Notes: generated by a model from the sequence alone, not told the origin. A DNA stretch of 32,000 nucleotides from an uncultured Acidimicrobiaceae bacterium (GCA_963804055.1 CAWDOU010000001.1:451156-483155); one strand, 5' to 3'; shown: positions 1-8,620, counted from the stretch's first letter. Made by a program: numbers and translations.

Positions 1-41
1 GGCGAAGCTCTGCCTCGAAGCGGTCGGGCTCGCCGGCCGGG

Positions 42-395
42 GTGTCGTCGGATCGCACCAAGAGCCGGTCCGACACACTCCCGGCCCGCGAGGGCACGGT
101 GCAGCTGGCCATCCTGACCTTGGCGATCGTCGTCGCCGTCCTCGGATTCGCCGTGCACTTCCTCTGGGTCGGCGCCCTTGTCCTGATGGGCGTCCTCTGG
201 GGGACCATGGTCGCTGAACGCCAGCAACGACACGGAACGGTCAAGGGACTCGCAGCGGAGGTGGTCACGACCGTCGTGGACGAGGCGAGGGGCGTGATGG
301 ACGCCACCGCCGGGTCCGACGCTGACGGTGCCCCCTCTTCGTCGCAGCCCGGTGACGCGCGCCGAGATGCGCAGGAGCGCCTCGGGGAGGACTGA
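42..395 (+). CDS. hypothetical small membrane protein
   Basis: 117-aa ORF with a GTG start. The long hydrophobic block LAILTLAIVVAVLGFAVHFLWVGALVLMGVLWG is consistent with two TM helices and is followed by an acidic/Ser-rich tail. No family recognised. Confidence 0.4.
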   Translation: MSSDRTKSRSDTLPAREGTVQLAILTLAIVVAVLGFAVHFLWVGALVLMGVLWGTMVAERQQRHGTVKGLAAEVVTTVVDEARGVMDATAGSDADGAPSSSQPGDARRDAQERLGED

Positions 396-431
396 TCATC
401 GATCCCCGGAGAGGCCGGACCGGATCCGGCG

Positions 432-1082
432 CTAGAAGAACCCGATGCGCGAAAGCGGCCAGATCCGCAGGTCGACCTTGCCCACAATGGTCGACTCGTG
501 AATCGGTCCCCAGAAGCGACTGTCGCAGGAATCGGGGCGGTTGTCACCCATGACGTAGACCTCCCCGGCCGGAATGCGATACGCCCGGTGCAACGAATAG
601 GGCGCGGTCGACGGTCCCGGATAGGTGTCGTCCCTCACGCTCGGCGGCAGGAAGGGCTCGGGGAGGAGTCGCCCGTCGATGTAGACGTTCCCGTCCTTCA
701 AGGAGATGACCTCGCCCGGGAGGCCGATGACACGCTTCACGAGGTCCGAGACCGGCGGCCCGGCGCAGTTCTCGTTCGGTGGTGTGGTGAAGACGACGAT
801 GTTGCCGCGGCCGACGCCGTGCAGGTGGTAGCTCAACTTGTTCACCACGATCCGGTCCCCGATCTGCAGGGTGGGCTCCATGGAGCCCGAGGGGATGGAG
901 TACGTGGCCACGACGAACGTCCGCAGCAGCACGGCGACGAGGATCGCCACGACCACGACGCCGACCAGCTCGACGATCCAACGGGACGACGACTCGTCCT
1001 CTGCCTTCTGCGCCGCGCCCTCGCCCTCGCCCTTGTCTTCGCCCTGGTCCGGGGAGCCTTCCGCCTGCGGGTCGCCGTCCAT
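432..1082 (-). CDS. lepB: signal peptidase I (S26 family)
   Basis: Translation carries IPSGSMEPTL (Ser box), GDRIVVNK (Lys box) and GDNRPDSCDSRFWGPI. A TM anchor (VVVVAILVAVLL) follows an acidic N-terminal extension. Confidence 0.9.
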   Translation of the reverse strand: MDGDPQAEGSPDQGEDKGEGEGAAQKAEDESSSRWIVELVGVVVVAILVAVLLRTFVVATYSIPSGSMEPTLQIGDRIVVNKLSYHLHGVGRGNIVVFTTPPNENCAGPPVSDLVKRVIGLPGEVISLKDGNVYIDGRLLPEPFLPPSVRDDTYPGPSTAPYSLHRAYRIPAGEVYVMGDNRPDSCDSRFWGPIHESTIVGKVDLRIWPLSRIGFF

Positions 1083-1117
1083 GTCGGCAGAAAGTATGGC
1101 CTGGCCACCCCGGCGGA

Positions 1118-1915
1118 ATGCGCACCGGCCCGGATGTCACGCCCTCGGGGCACAATGAATGGGTGGTCAGCGCCGTCATCTTCGATTTCTACGGCACCCT
1201 GGCCCGCTTCGCGGACACGGGTGCCTCCAACTACGAGACGATCTTCGCGGCGCACGGCTACCAGCCGGAGCGGGCGATCCTGGACAGCTATTTCTCCCGC
1301 TACGACGGGGTCGAGCACGGTGTGCACTCGGTCAGCGAGGAGGCCTACGAGGCCTGGGTGCGGCTTCGGCTGCGCGACCTCACCAGCGCCTGTGGTGTGC
1401 CCGATCCGCACGTCGAAGACCTCGTCGATGCCTTGCGATCGTCGGACCGGGGCGCCATGGTGCCCTATCCCGAGGCGGCGCCGACGCTGGCGTCGCTTCG
1501 TGCTTCCGGCCTCGCCATCGGCGTCTGCTCCAACTGGGGCTGGGAGCTCGACGCCTTCCTGGACCAGGTCGGCCTGCTGGAGCTGGTCGATGCCGGCATC
1601 ACCTCGGCCCGTGCCGGGGCCCGCAAGCCGCACCCGGACATCTACGGTGCGTCCGTCGCCGCACTCGACGTCGACCCGGCCGACGCCGTCTTCGTGGGCG
1701 ACTCCTGGGAGCCTGACGTGCGCGGCCCGCGGCGGATGGGCATGACCGCCGTGCACGTCTGGCGTGAGGAGGAGCGGGTCGGCTGGCCACCGCCCGAGCT
1801 CCAGGACGGCGACCATCGCGTCGGTGACCTCACCGGCGTCCTCGAGATCGTCCGTGGACTAGGTGCCGGGCGGCCAGCGGACCGTGAGCGCCTCGGGAGC
1901 CCAGTCGGGCCATAG
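1118..1915 (+). CDS. HAD-superfamily hydrolase, haloacid-dehalogenase-like subfamily
   Basis: Motif I is VIFDFYGTL, the DxYGTL variant typical of 2-haloacid-dehalogenase-like HADs. Also present are SNWG, ARKPHPDIY (Lys motif) and FVGDS. The start is uncertain: ATG 1118, or in-frame GTG 1163, which puts motif I at the N-terminus. The 3' end overlaps the convergent gene by 57 nt. Confidence 0.75.
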   Translation: MRTGPDVTPSGHNEWVVSAVIFDFYGTLARFADTGASNYETIFAAHGYQPERAILDSYFSRYDGVEHGVHSVSEEAYEAWVRLRLRDLTSACGVPDPHVEDLVDALRSSDRGAMVPYPEAAPTLASLRASGLAIGVCSNWGWELDAFLDQVGLLELVDAGITSARAGARKPHPDIYGASVAALDVDPADAVFVGDSWEPDVRGPRRMGMTAVHVWREEERVGWPPPELQDGDHRVGDLTGVLEIVRGLGAGRPADRERLGSPVGP

Positions 1916-2440
1916 GGGGTTCCCGAGGACGAATCCGTGGCTGAACTCGGCCACGACCAACGGGCCGTTGCGCTGCGAGTTGTCGTAGACCGTGGCGGTG
2001 CTGGCCAGCACCATGGCGTCGGCCACCAGGGGCCAGAGCCGCTGGTACCGCCCGCGGATCTTCTCCTCCGGGACGGCGTGGCCGCCGGCGACGACGCGGG
2101 CCGCCACGCGGGCGACCGCGAGCTCCTCGGGCACCAGCACGACGTGCACGGCCGTGTAGTACCCCGCTCCGTCGGCCTCGCGCACCAGGTCGAGCTTCGA
2201 GGGGTGGGAGAACACGGTCTCTGCGATGAACGGCTCACGCCGCGCAATGAGGGCCTCCCGAGTGGCGGCGGCGATGCGGGCCGCCTCGTAGGAATGCGTC
2301 TCGGGATGGTCGGGCCAGCGCTGCTGTGCGATCAGGTCGGCGTTCACGAAGCCGACGCGCGCCAGGACGGGGGCGAGCGTCAGGCGGACGAAGGTCGACT
2401 TGCCGGCTCCGTTGGGCCCGACCACGAGGTCGAGTCGCAT
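1859..2440 (-). CDS. zeta-toxin-like P-loop kinase/ATPase (putative type II TA toxin)
   Basis: Walker A GPNGAGKST lies at residues 8-16. The 193-aa size and layout match Zeta_toxin/COG4185-type proteins. It sits 13 nt downstream of a ParD-like gene on the same strand. Confidence 0.7.
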   Translation of the reverse strand: MRLDLVVGPNGAGKSTFVRLTLAPVLARVGFVNADLIAQQRWPDHPETHSYEAARIAAATREALIARREPFIAETVFSHPSKLDLVREADGAGYYTAVHVVLVPEELAVARVAARVVAGGHAVPEEKIRGRYQRLWPLVADAMVLASTATVYDNSQRNGPLVVAEFSHGFVLGNPLWPDWAPEALTVRWPPGT

Positions 2441-2453
2441 GTGTCGGGTTCGG

Positions 2454-2828
2454 TCAGTTCAGGGGGGACGTCGTGCCGTCGGGCTCGTAGCGGACGAGCC
2501 GGCCGTCGTCGTCGAGGGCCACCGTCGCCACGCCCTCGCCGGCCAGGACGTCGCCGTAGTGCACCATGCGCAGCCGCTCCGCGATGGCGGCGTCCGTCTC
2601 GGCGTTGGCGACGAGGCGCTCCTCTGCGGTGAGGTCGCTCAGGGCCAGCGTCCCCTCCAGGGCGGCCTCGACCCGGCGGCGGGCGGTCGAGTGGTGGGTC
2701 GACACCGTGCGGCCCACCCGGGCCCAGTGGTCGAGTTGCTGCTTGGTCGAGCGGCTGTGGCGCGCACCCTCCACGGCAGCGGCGTCGACGAGATCTGCGG
2801 CGAAGCGGGTGACCTTGTCTGCGGCCAT
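2454..2828 (-). CDS. ParD-like antitoxin (putative partner of the zeta-like ATPase)
   Basis: The track ORF 2454..3107 is trimmed to ATG 2828, which has AGGAGG 6 nt upstream (reverse complement of 2835-2840). The N-terminus VTRFAADLVDAAAVEGARHSRSTKQQLDHWARVGR matches my recollection of the ParD_like (PF11903) pattern. The discarded 93-aa extension is Arg/Gly-rich and runs into the neighbouring gene. Confidence 0.65.
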   Translation of the reverse strand: MAADKVTRFAADLVDAAAVEGARHSRSTKQQLDHWARVGRTVSTHHSTARRRVEAALEGTLALSDLTAEERLVANAETDAAIAERLRMVHYGDVLAGEGVATVALDDDGRLVRYEPDGTTSPLN

Positions 2829-2878
2829 GCCGGACCTCCTGCTCTTCCGTTTCTCTTCGAAACAAGTGTAACAGTCTG

Positions 2879-4576
2879 TTACGTTTCCTTGCCCACGGGG
2901 GGCCGGCCGTTCTCGGACAGCCCGGCAGCCAGGACTTTCCGGTCGTCGTCGGTCAACCGGGTGAACTCCATGGCGCTGCTGCCCAGCGGGCGCCACCAGA
3001 CGGCGTCCTCGCACGCCCAGGCCTCGGACCGGAGCCCCACCTTGGTCACCTTCCCGGTGGCCGTCTGGGGGAGCGAGGGTGAGACCCGGACATAGCGCGG
3101 GATCCACTTCGGTCCCAGGTCCGGCTGGGCGGTGAGCCAGGTCGCGAAGTCGTGGGGGTCGAACTCCTTGCCGGGCACCATCTCGAGGGCGACCATGACC
3201 TGGTCGCCGGCGCCCGACGCGGTGTCGGGGACCGGGTAGACCGCGGCGACGGCCAGGTCGGGATGGCGCGAGATGATCGATTCGACGGGCCCGGCGGCGA
3301 AGTTCTCCGAGTCGACGCGCAGCCAGTCGCCGGTCCGGCCGGCGAAGTAGAAGAACCCGTCGGCGTCGACGTAGCCCAGGTCGCCCGTCCAGTACCAGCC
3401 GCGGCGCAGCCGCTCCTGCTCGGCGTCGTCGCGGCGGTAGTACCCCTCGAAGCTGCCCCGGCCGCTCCGATTGACCATCTCACCGATGGCCTCGCCCGCA
3501 TTGAGCAGCCGCCCCTCGTCGTCGAAGCGCGCCGGCGGGCACTCCTCGCCGGTCTCGGGGCTCATGACGGCCAGGTCGACGCCGCTGACGGGCTTGCCCA
3601 GCGCCCCCTTGGGCATCCCGGGGACCGGGTTGATGGCCGCGCCGCCCTCGCTCTGGCCGTAGCCCTCAATGAGGTAGCACCCGAAGCGGGCCCGGAAGCG
3701 GTCGCGGTCGCGGACCGACGCCTCGGTGCCGAACGCGCTCTTGAGCGTGTTCTCGGCGTCGTCGGGCCGCTCGGGGGTGGCCAGGATGTAGGCGATGGCC
3801 TTGCCGACGTAGCTGAACTTGGTGGCGCCGAAGCGGTGCACGTCGTCGATGAAGGCCGAGGCGCTGAAGCGCGGCCGGGTAGCGATGGCCGCGCCCACCA
3901 TGACCGACGGTCCCCAAAGGGCCATCAGCGCGTTGCCGTGGAAGAGCGGCATGGGGCAATAGCACACGTCCTCGGAGGTGTAGCCGTACCCGGGCGCCGC
4001 CACCTCGGCGATGCCGGCCAGCCGGCCCTGCGTGCAGCGGACGGCCTTGGGCACTCCCGTCGTGCCCGACGTGAAGATGAGGAGGAAGAGCGCCTCCTCG
4101 TCGATGTCGTCGATGTGCGTCAGGAGGTGGTCGGCCTCGTCGCTGCCGGCGAACCGGGCGAGGAGATCGTTGTAGCGATCGGTGCCGACGACGAGGATCT
4201 TGTCGCCGGTCACGCCCAGGTCCAGCCCCTGCAGCAGCGCAGCCCCCTCGTCGTCGGTGACGATCATGGCGCAGTCGGTGGCCCGCACATCGGCGGCGAG
4301 CGCCTCGCCCCGCCGCGTCGGGTTGATGCCCACCTTGGCGGCACCGGCGAGCGCAGCGGCGTTCAGCCAGAAGAGGTACTCGGCGCCGTTGGGGAGCAGG
4401 ACGCCGATGTGCGGCTTGCCGTCGCCGAACAGGGAGCGGGCCAGCGCTCCGCGGGTGGCGCCCTCGTTGACGGCCTGGCGCCAGGTCCAGCGGTCGTCGC
4501 CGTCCATGACGCCGATGCGATCGTCTTCGGCACGCGCGGCCAGCAGGTCGGCGACGGTCGTCACGGCAGCTCCCAT
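2879..4576 (-). CDS. AMP-dependent acyl-CoA synthetase/ligase (FadD-like)
   Basis: Adenylate-forming motifs are present: FTSGTTGVPKA, EGYGQSEGG, WYWTGDLGY and QTATGKVTK. The track ORF (684 aa) has a 119-aa Arg-rich extension overlapping the upstream gene, so it is trimmed to ATG 4576. GTG 4564 is an alternative start that would give a GTGA stop/start overlap. Confidence 0.85.
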   Translation of the reverse strand: MGAAVTTVADLLAARAEDDRIGVMDGDDRWTWRQAVNEGATRGALARSLFGDGKPHIGVLLPNGAEYLFWLNAAALAGAAKVGINPTRRGEALAADVRATDCAMIVTDDEGAALLQGLDLGVTGDKILVVGTDRYNDLLARFAGSDEADHLLTHIDDIDEEALFLLIFTSGTTGVPKAVRCTQGRLAGIAEVAAPGYGYTSEDVCYCPMPLFHGNALMALWGPSVMVGAAIATRPRFSASAFIDDVHRFGATKFSYVGKAIAYILATPERPDDAENTLKSAFGTEASVRDRDRFRARFGCYLIEGYGQSEGGAAINPVPGMPKGALGKPVSGVDLAVMSPETGEECPPARFDDEGRLLNAGEAIGEMVNRSGRGSFEGYYRRDDAEQERLRRGWYWTGDLGYVDADGFFYFAGRTGDWLRVDSENFAAGPVESIISRHPDLAVAAVYPVPDTASGAGDQVMVALEMVPGKEFDPHDFATWLTAQPDLGPKWIPRYVRVSPSLPQTATGKVTKVGLRSEAWACEDAVWWRPLGSSAMEFTRLTDDDRKVLAAGLSENGRPPVGKET

Positions 4577-5727
4577 CCCGGTGCGCGGCGCACCAGATCG
4601 CGGTCGAGGGCGTCGACGGTGCCGGCGCCACAGAGGGCCATGGTGCGGCGGAGCTCTGCTTCGTACCAGCGCAGCATGGCCGCCACGCCGTCGGCTCCGC
4701 CCGTCGCGAGGGCCCACAGCCCCGGGCGCCCGACGAGAGTCGCCCGGGCCCCGAGCGCCAGGGCCTTGACCACGTCGGGGGCCCGGCGTACCCCGCCGTC
4801 GACGTAGACCTCGGCCCGCCCGTCCACGGCGTCGACCACCTCGGCCAGGATGTCGGCGGTGGCTGGCGCGTCGGCCAGCTGGCGGGCACCGTGGTTCGAC
4901 ACGACGACGGCGGCCGCTCCGGCCTCGACGCACCGCGCGGCGTCATCCGCCCGCTGCACGCCCTTCACCACGACGGGCAGCGCGCTCAGGCCGGCCAGCC
5001 ACCCGATGTCGTCGGGCGTCAGCGCGGGCTCGAACTCGTTCGTGACGACGGCCATGAACCCACCCTCGCGTGCGCTGTCGGTGCTGTCGCCGGCCAGGTT
5101 GGGCAGGGCCAGGTCGTCGGGCAGGTGCATGCCGATGCGCCACTCACGCAGGCGGAGGCCGGAGACGGGAGCGTCGGCGGTCAGGACCAGGGCCCGGTAC
5201 CCGTGCGCTGCGGCGCGGTGGACCAGGTCTTGCGTGCGGGCCCGTTGGCGGAGGATGTAGATCTGCATCCAGCGGATGGCGTCCGGCGTGGCCGCGGCCA
5301 CGTCCTCGAGCGGGCAGGTGGCCAGCGAGGACAGGATCAGGAGCGCACCCGCTTCGGCGGCGCCCCGGGCGGTGGCCACCTCGCCGTCGGGGTGGGCCAG
5401 CCCCTGAATGGCCGTCGGGGCGATGGCGACCGGCGAGCTGACGGGGCTGCCGAGCAGGGTGGTGGCGGTGGACACCCCGGCGATCCCGGCCAGCACGTGG
5501 GGGTGGAGCTGCCAGTGGCCCCAGGCCTCCACGTTGCCCCGCAGGAGGCGTTCGTCGTCGGCGCCCCCGGCGTAGTAGGCGTAGGCCATCTCCCCGATGG
5601 CGTGCCGGGCATCGCGCTCCAGGTCCTCCAGGGAGAGATCGGTGACCAGGGGTGCCGTGCGGCTCAGGGCCTCAGAGTTGTGCTCGGACGCATCGGTCCT
5701 GGCAGGATGAGCAGGCACGGGCCGCAT
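4561..5727 (-). CDS. FMN-dependent alpha-hydroxy-acid dehydrogenase/oxidase (LldD/glycolate-oxidase family)
   Basis: AYAYYAGGADDE lies near the N-terminus, and VVSNHGARQLD and DGGVRRAPDVVKALALGA lie near the C-terminus. The length is typical of the family. The start could instead be the in-frame GTG 9 nt downstream. Confidence 0.85.
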   Translation of the reverse strand: MRPVPAHPARTDASEHNSEALSRTAPLVTDLSLEDLERDARHAIGEMAYAYYAGGADDERLLRGNVEAWGHWQLHPHVLAGIAGVSTATTLLGSPVSSPVAIAPTAIQGLAHPDGEVATARGAAEAGALLILSSLATCPLEDVAAATPDAIRWMQIYILRQRARTQDLVHRAAAHGYRALVLTADAPVSGLRLREWRIGMHLPDDLALPNLAGDSTDSAREGGFMAVVTNEFEPALTPDDIGWLAGLSALPVVVKGVQRADDAARCVEAGAAAVVVSNHGARQLADAPATADILAEVVDAVDGRAEVYVDGGVRRAPDVVKALALGARATLVGRPGLWALATGGADGVAAMLRWYEAELRRTMALCGAGTVDALDRDLVRRAPGWELP

Positions 5728-5764
5728 GGTAGGCGCGCCCGAGCAGTGGACACCCGGAGGTGCC

Positions 5765-6640
5765 GTGCGTTTCTCCTATGCCGAGTCGATGACGGACCCG
5801 ACCTTCTACGTCCCCCTGGCCCAGGCGGCCGAGGCGGCGGGCTACGACTCCATGGTCGTGCCCGACAGCATCTGCTACCCGGAGGTGTCCGACACCACCT
5901 ATCCGTTCAACCCCGACGGGACCCGGGAATTCCTGGAGGACAAGCCTTTCCTGGAGCCCTTCTCGCTCATCCCGGCCATGGGGGCGTTGACCGAGAACCT
6001 GCGCTTCGTCACCTTCGTGATCAAACTGCCGATCCGCCAGCCGGTGCTCATCACCAAGCAGGTGAGCTCCACGGCGGTGCTCACCGACAACCGTCTGCTC
6101 CTGGGCGTCGGCACCAGCCCGTGGCCCGAGGACTACGAGATCTGCGGCGTGCCCTGGGAGCGCCGGGGCAAGCGGATGGACGAGGAGATCGCCATCATGC
6201 GGGGCCTGATGGCCGGGGGCTTCTTCGAGTTCCACGGCGAGGTCTTCGACGTGCCGTCCATCAAAATGTGCCCCACGCCGTCGCAACCGGTGCCCATCCT
6301 CATCGGCGGCCACCACGAGGCGGCCCTCCGGCGGGCGGCCGTGGACGGCGACGGCTGGCTGCATGGTGGGGGAGACCCCGCCGACCTGCCCGGCCTGCTG
6401 ACCCGCCTGGCCGAGTTGCGGCGGGAGCACGGGACCGAGGACAAGCCGTTCGAGGTCCATGTCATTTCGCTCGATGCCTACACGGTCGACGGCGTGCATC
6501 GTCTGGAGGAGCTGGGCGTCACCGACGTGATCGTCGGCTTCCGCTGGCCCTACGGGGTGGAACAGGACACCGAGACGCTGGCGACGAAGGTGGACAACCT
6601 GAAGCGTTTCGCCGACGACGTCATCGCCAAGGTCCGCTGA
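5765..6640 (+). CDS. LLM-class (luciferase-like) F420/flavin-dependent oxidoreductase
   Basis: The translation VRFSYAE...AAEAAGYDSMVVPDS...LLLGVGTSPWPEDYE...RGKRMDEEIAIMRGL...PILIGGHHEAALRRAA matches the TIM-barrel LLM pattern. GTG 5765 is preferred over ATG 5726 because GGAGG lies 5-6 nt upstream. Confidence 0.8.
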   Translation: MRFSYAESMTDPTFYVPLAQAAEAAGYDSMVVPDSICYPEVSDTTYPFNPDGTREFLEDKPFLEPFSLIPAMGALTENLRFVTFVIKLPIRQPVLITKQVSSTAVLTDNRLLLGVGTSPWPEDYEICGVPWERRGKRMDEEIAIMRGLMAGGFFEFHGEVFDVPSIKMCPTPSQPVPILIGGHHEAALRRAAVDGDGWLHGGGDPADLPGLLTRLAELRREHGTEDKPFEVHVISLDAYTVDGVHRLEELGVTDVIVGFRWPYGVEQDTETLATKVDNLKRFADDVIAKVR

Positions 6641-6651
6641 GAGGGAGGGAC

Positions 6652-7071
6652 ATGACCGACGGATTCCCGAACGCCCGCGAGCTGGGGAACCGCTCCCGCG
6701 CCGCCGTGGCGGCAAAGGACCGTGACACCTGGCTGAGCCTGTTCGCCGAGGACGCCCTCGTGCAGGATCCCATCGGGCCCTCGCCTCTCGACCCCAGCGG
6801 CGAAGGCCACCGCGGGCTCGAGGCCATCGCGGCCTTCTACGACAATGTGATCTCCACCAGCGAGGCGACCGAATTCGAAATGAACCAGTCGTATCTCTGC
6901 GGGGACGAGGTGGCCGAGGTCGGCATCATCCGCATCACGCTCGCCGGTGGCACCCACCAGGCCATCGTGCGCGGCGTCTACACGTACCGGACCGACGGTG
7001 CCGGCAAGATCGCCTCGTTGCGAACCTTCTGGGAGTCCGACGCCATGGAGATCGTGGAGGTCGGCAGTTGA
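6652..7071 (+). CDS. NTF2/SnoaL-like protein (ketosteroid-isomerase-like fold)
   Basis: 139-aa ORF at the 3' end of the 726-aa track ORF. ATG 6652 is preceded by GAGGGAGGGA. The pattern AAVAAKDRDTWLSLFAEDALVQDPIG...FYDN is typical of SnoaL/KSI-like proteins. Its stop overlaps the next start (TTGA). Confidence 0.75.
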   Translation: MTDGFPNARELGNRSRAAVAAKDRDTWLSLFAEDALVQDPIGPSPLDPSGEGHRGLEAIAAFYDNVISTSEATEFEMNQSYLCGDEVAEVGIIRITLAGGTHQAIVRGVYTYRTDGAGKIASLRTFWESDAMEIVEVGS

Positions 7072-7466
7072 GCGTGCGCGTCCAGGTCCGCGAGGGACTG
7101 TTCACGGACGGCGAGGCGCCGGCGCTCCTGGGTACCCGTTGCGCCGCCTGCGGATCGGTCCACTTCCCCCGGGCCGATTCCTGCACCTACTGCGCCACCG
7201 AAGACCCCGAGCCGGTGGAGTTGTCCCGCCACGGCACGTTGTGGGCCTGGACCGCGGTGACCGCGCCGCCGCCCGGCTACCAGGGCGAGGTGCCGTTCGG
7301 CGTCGGCGTGGTCGAGCTGCCCGAGGGGGTCCGGGTCATCACGCGGCTGACCGAGAGCGACCCCGGCGCGCTGACGGAGGGGCAGCCGATGGAACTGCGC
7401 ATCGTGCCGCTGCACCGGGACGAGGACGGGAACGACGTCGTGACCTACGCCTTCGCGCCGGCATGA
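7068..7466 (+). CDS. Zn-ribbon/OB-fold protein (DUF35 family, thiolase partner)
   Basis: Has a CxxC...CxxC rubredoxin-like knuckle (CAACGSVHFPRADSCTYC) followed by an OB-fold segment (GTLWAWTAV...PFGVGVVEL). Stop/start overlaps occur on both sides (TTGA at 7068, ATGA at 7463). Confidence 0.85.
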   Translation: MSVRVQVREGLFTDGEAPALLGTRCAACGSVHFPRADSCTYCATEDPEPVELSRHGTLWAWTAVTAPPPGYQGEVPFGVGVVELPEGVRVITRLTESDPGALTEGQPMELRIVPLHRDEDGNDVVTYAFAPA

Positions 7467-8596
7467 CCGGCGTCACGGTGGCCGGCGTCGGCCTGCACCC
7501 CTTCGGCCGCTTCGACGGCGTCTCGACCACCGACATGGGCGTGGTCGCCGTGCGCGCCGCCTTGCGCGAGGCCGGCATCGGCAAGGGCGGGTTCCAGGCC
7601 GCCTTCTGCGGCACGGCCTACGGCGGGGTCGCCACGGGCCACAAGGTGCTGAGCCGGCTCGGCATGACGGGCATGCCCATCGTCGACGTGGAGGCCGGCT
7701 GCGCGTCAGGCGGTGCCGCACTGATGCTGGCGGGGGCCGCCATCCGGGCCGGGCAGTACGACACGGTCCTCGTCTTCGGCACGGAGAAGATGCCCAAGGG
7801 GATCATCCGCTCGTCGTTCTTCGACCCCTGGCAGGAGGAGGCGGGCCTCGCCTCCACGCCGGCATTCTTCGGCCTGCGGGCGCAGCGACTGTGCCGGACC
7901 TCCGGCATCACCAAGGACCACCTGGCCCGGGTCGTGGTGAAGAACCGTCGCCACGGAGCGGCCAATCCCGACGCCATGTACCAGAAGGAGACGACCGTCG
8001 AGGCGGTGCTCGGATCACGGGTCGTGTGCGACCCGCTCCACCTCTTCATGCTGTGCTCGCCCAACGAGGGTGCCGCCGCCCTGGTGCTGCGGCGGGCCGA
8101 CCTGGCCCCGTCGGGCGTGACGCTGGCCGCAGCCGTGCTGCGCTCCCACATCCCCGGTTCGGTGCTGAGCGAGTCGACGCCACTGGCCGGCAAGGCGGAC
8201 GACGACGTCCCGGCGCCGACCACCCTGGCTGCCACGGACGCCTACGAGGAAGCCGGGGTGGGACCTGCTGATCTGCACGTCGTGGAGTGCCAGGACACCG
8301 ACGCCGCCCGCGAGCTGGGCTCGTGCGAGGAACTGGGCCTGTGCGAGCCCGGCGGGTCCGCCGCGCTGCTCGACTCGGGCGCCACCACCCTGGGCGGACG
8401 CCTCCCGGTCAATCCGAGTGGGGGGCTGCTCTCGAAGGGCGAGCCGCTCGGCGCCTCCGCCCTGGGCCAGGTGGTCGAGCTCGTGCGCCAGCTGCGGGGC
8501 GAGTGCGGGCCACGCCAGGTCGAGGGCGCCCGGGTGGCCTTGTCACACACGGTGGGCCGGGGGGCCAACGCCGGCGTGGTGATCCTGACCCGTTGA
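7463..8596 (+). CDS. SCP2-type thiolase-like protein / lipid-transfer protein (Ltp-like)
   Basis: Begins MTGVTVAGVGLHPFGRF. Contains VEAGCASGGAAL (nucleophile Cys box) and NPSGGLLSKGEPLGASALGQ. Translationally coupled to the DUF35 gene. The track ORF 6947..8596 is trimmed to ATG 7463. Confidence 0.85.
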   Translation: MTGVTVAGVGLHPFGRFDGVSTTDMGVVAVRAALREAGIGKGGFQAAFCGTAYGGVATGHKVLSRLGMTGMPIVDVEAGCASGGAALMLAGAAIRAGQYDTVLVFGTEKMPKGIIRSSFFDPWQEEAGLASTPAFFGLRAQRLCRTSGITKDHLARVVVKNRRHGAANPDAMYQKETTVEAVLGSRVVCDPLHLFMLCSPNEGAAALVLRRADLAPSGVTLAAAVLRSHIPGSVLSESTPLAGKADDDVPAPTTLAATDAYEEAGVGPADLHVVECQDTDAARELGSCEELGLCEPGGSAALLDSGATTLGGRLPVNPSGGLLSKGEPLGASALGQVVELVRQLRGECGPRQVEGARVALSHTVGRGANAGVVILTR

Positions 8597-8620
8597 GCTG
8601 ACCGCAGGAAGAACACGCGA

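Noticed and set aside
498-1816. Long ORFs 498..1745 (+, 415 aa), 544..1179 (-), 842..1816 (-, 324 aa) and 1159..1716 (+) overlapping lepB and the HAD gene
   Set aside because: They are Arg/Pro/Gly/Ala-dominated with no motifs, and antisense or out of frame to genes with clear S26 and HAD signatures. These are typical GC-rich shadow ORFs.
2829-4933. N-terminal extensions of track ORFs 2454..3107, 2879..4933, 10140..10772, 12504..13298, 24746..25750, 6947..8596 and 15328..17073
   Set aside because: The extensions are Arg/Gly/Pro-rich and run into neighbouring genes. Internal ATG/GTG starts with SD sequences or 4-nt stop/start overlaps give family-typical N-termini.
3152-7071. Very long ORFs 3152..4807 (+, 551 aa), 3666..4946 (-, 426 aa), 4891..7071 (+, 726 aa) and 5672..6715 (-, 347 aa)
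   Set aside because: They are low-complexity Arg/Gly/Pro translations overlapping the acyl-CoA synthetase, FMN oxidase and LLM genes. Only the last 139 codons of 4891..7071 (from ATG 6652, with an SD) look like a real protein.
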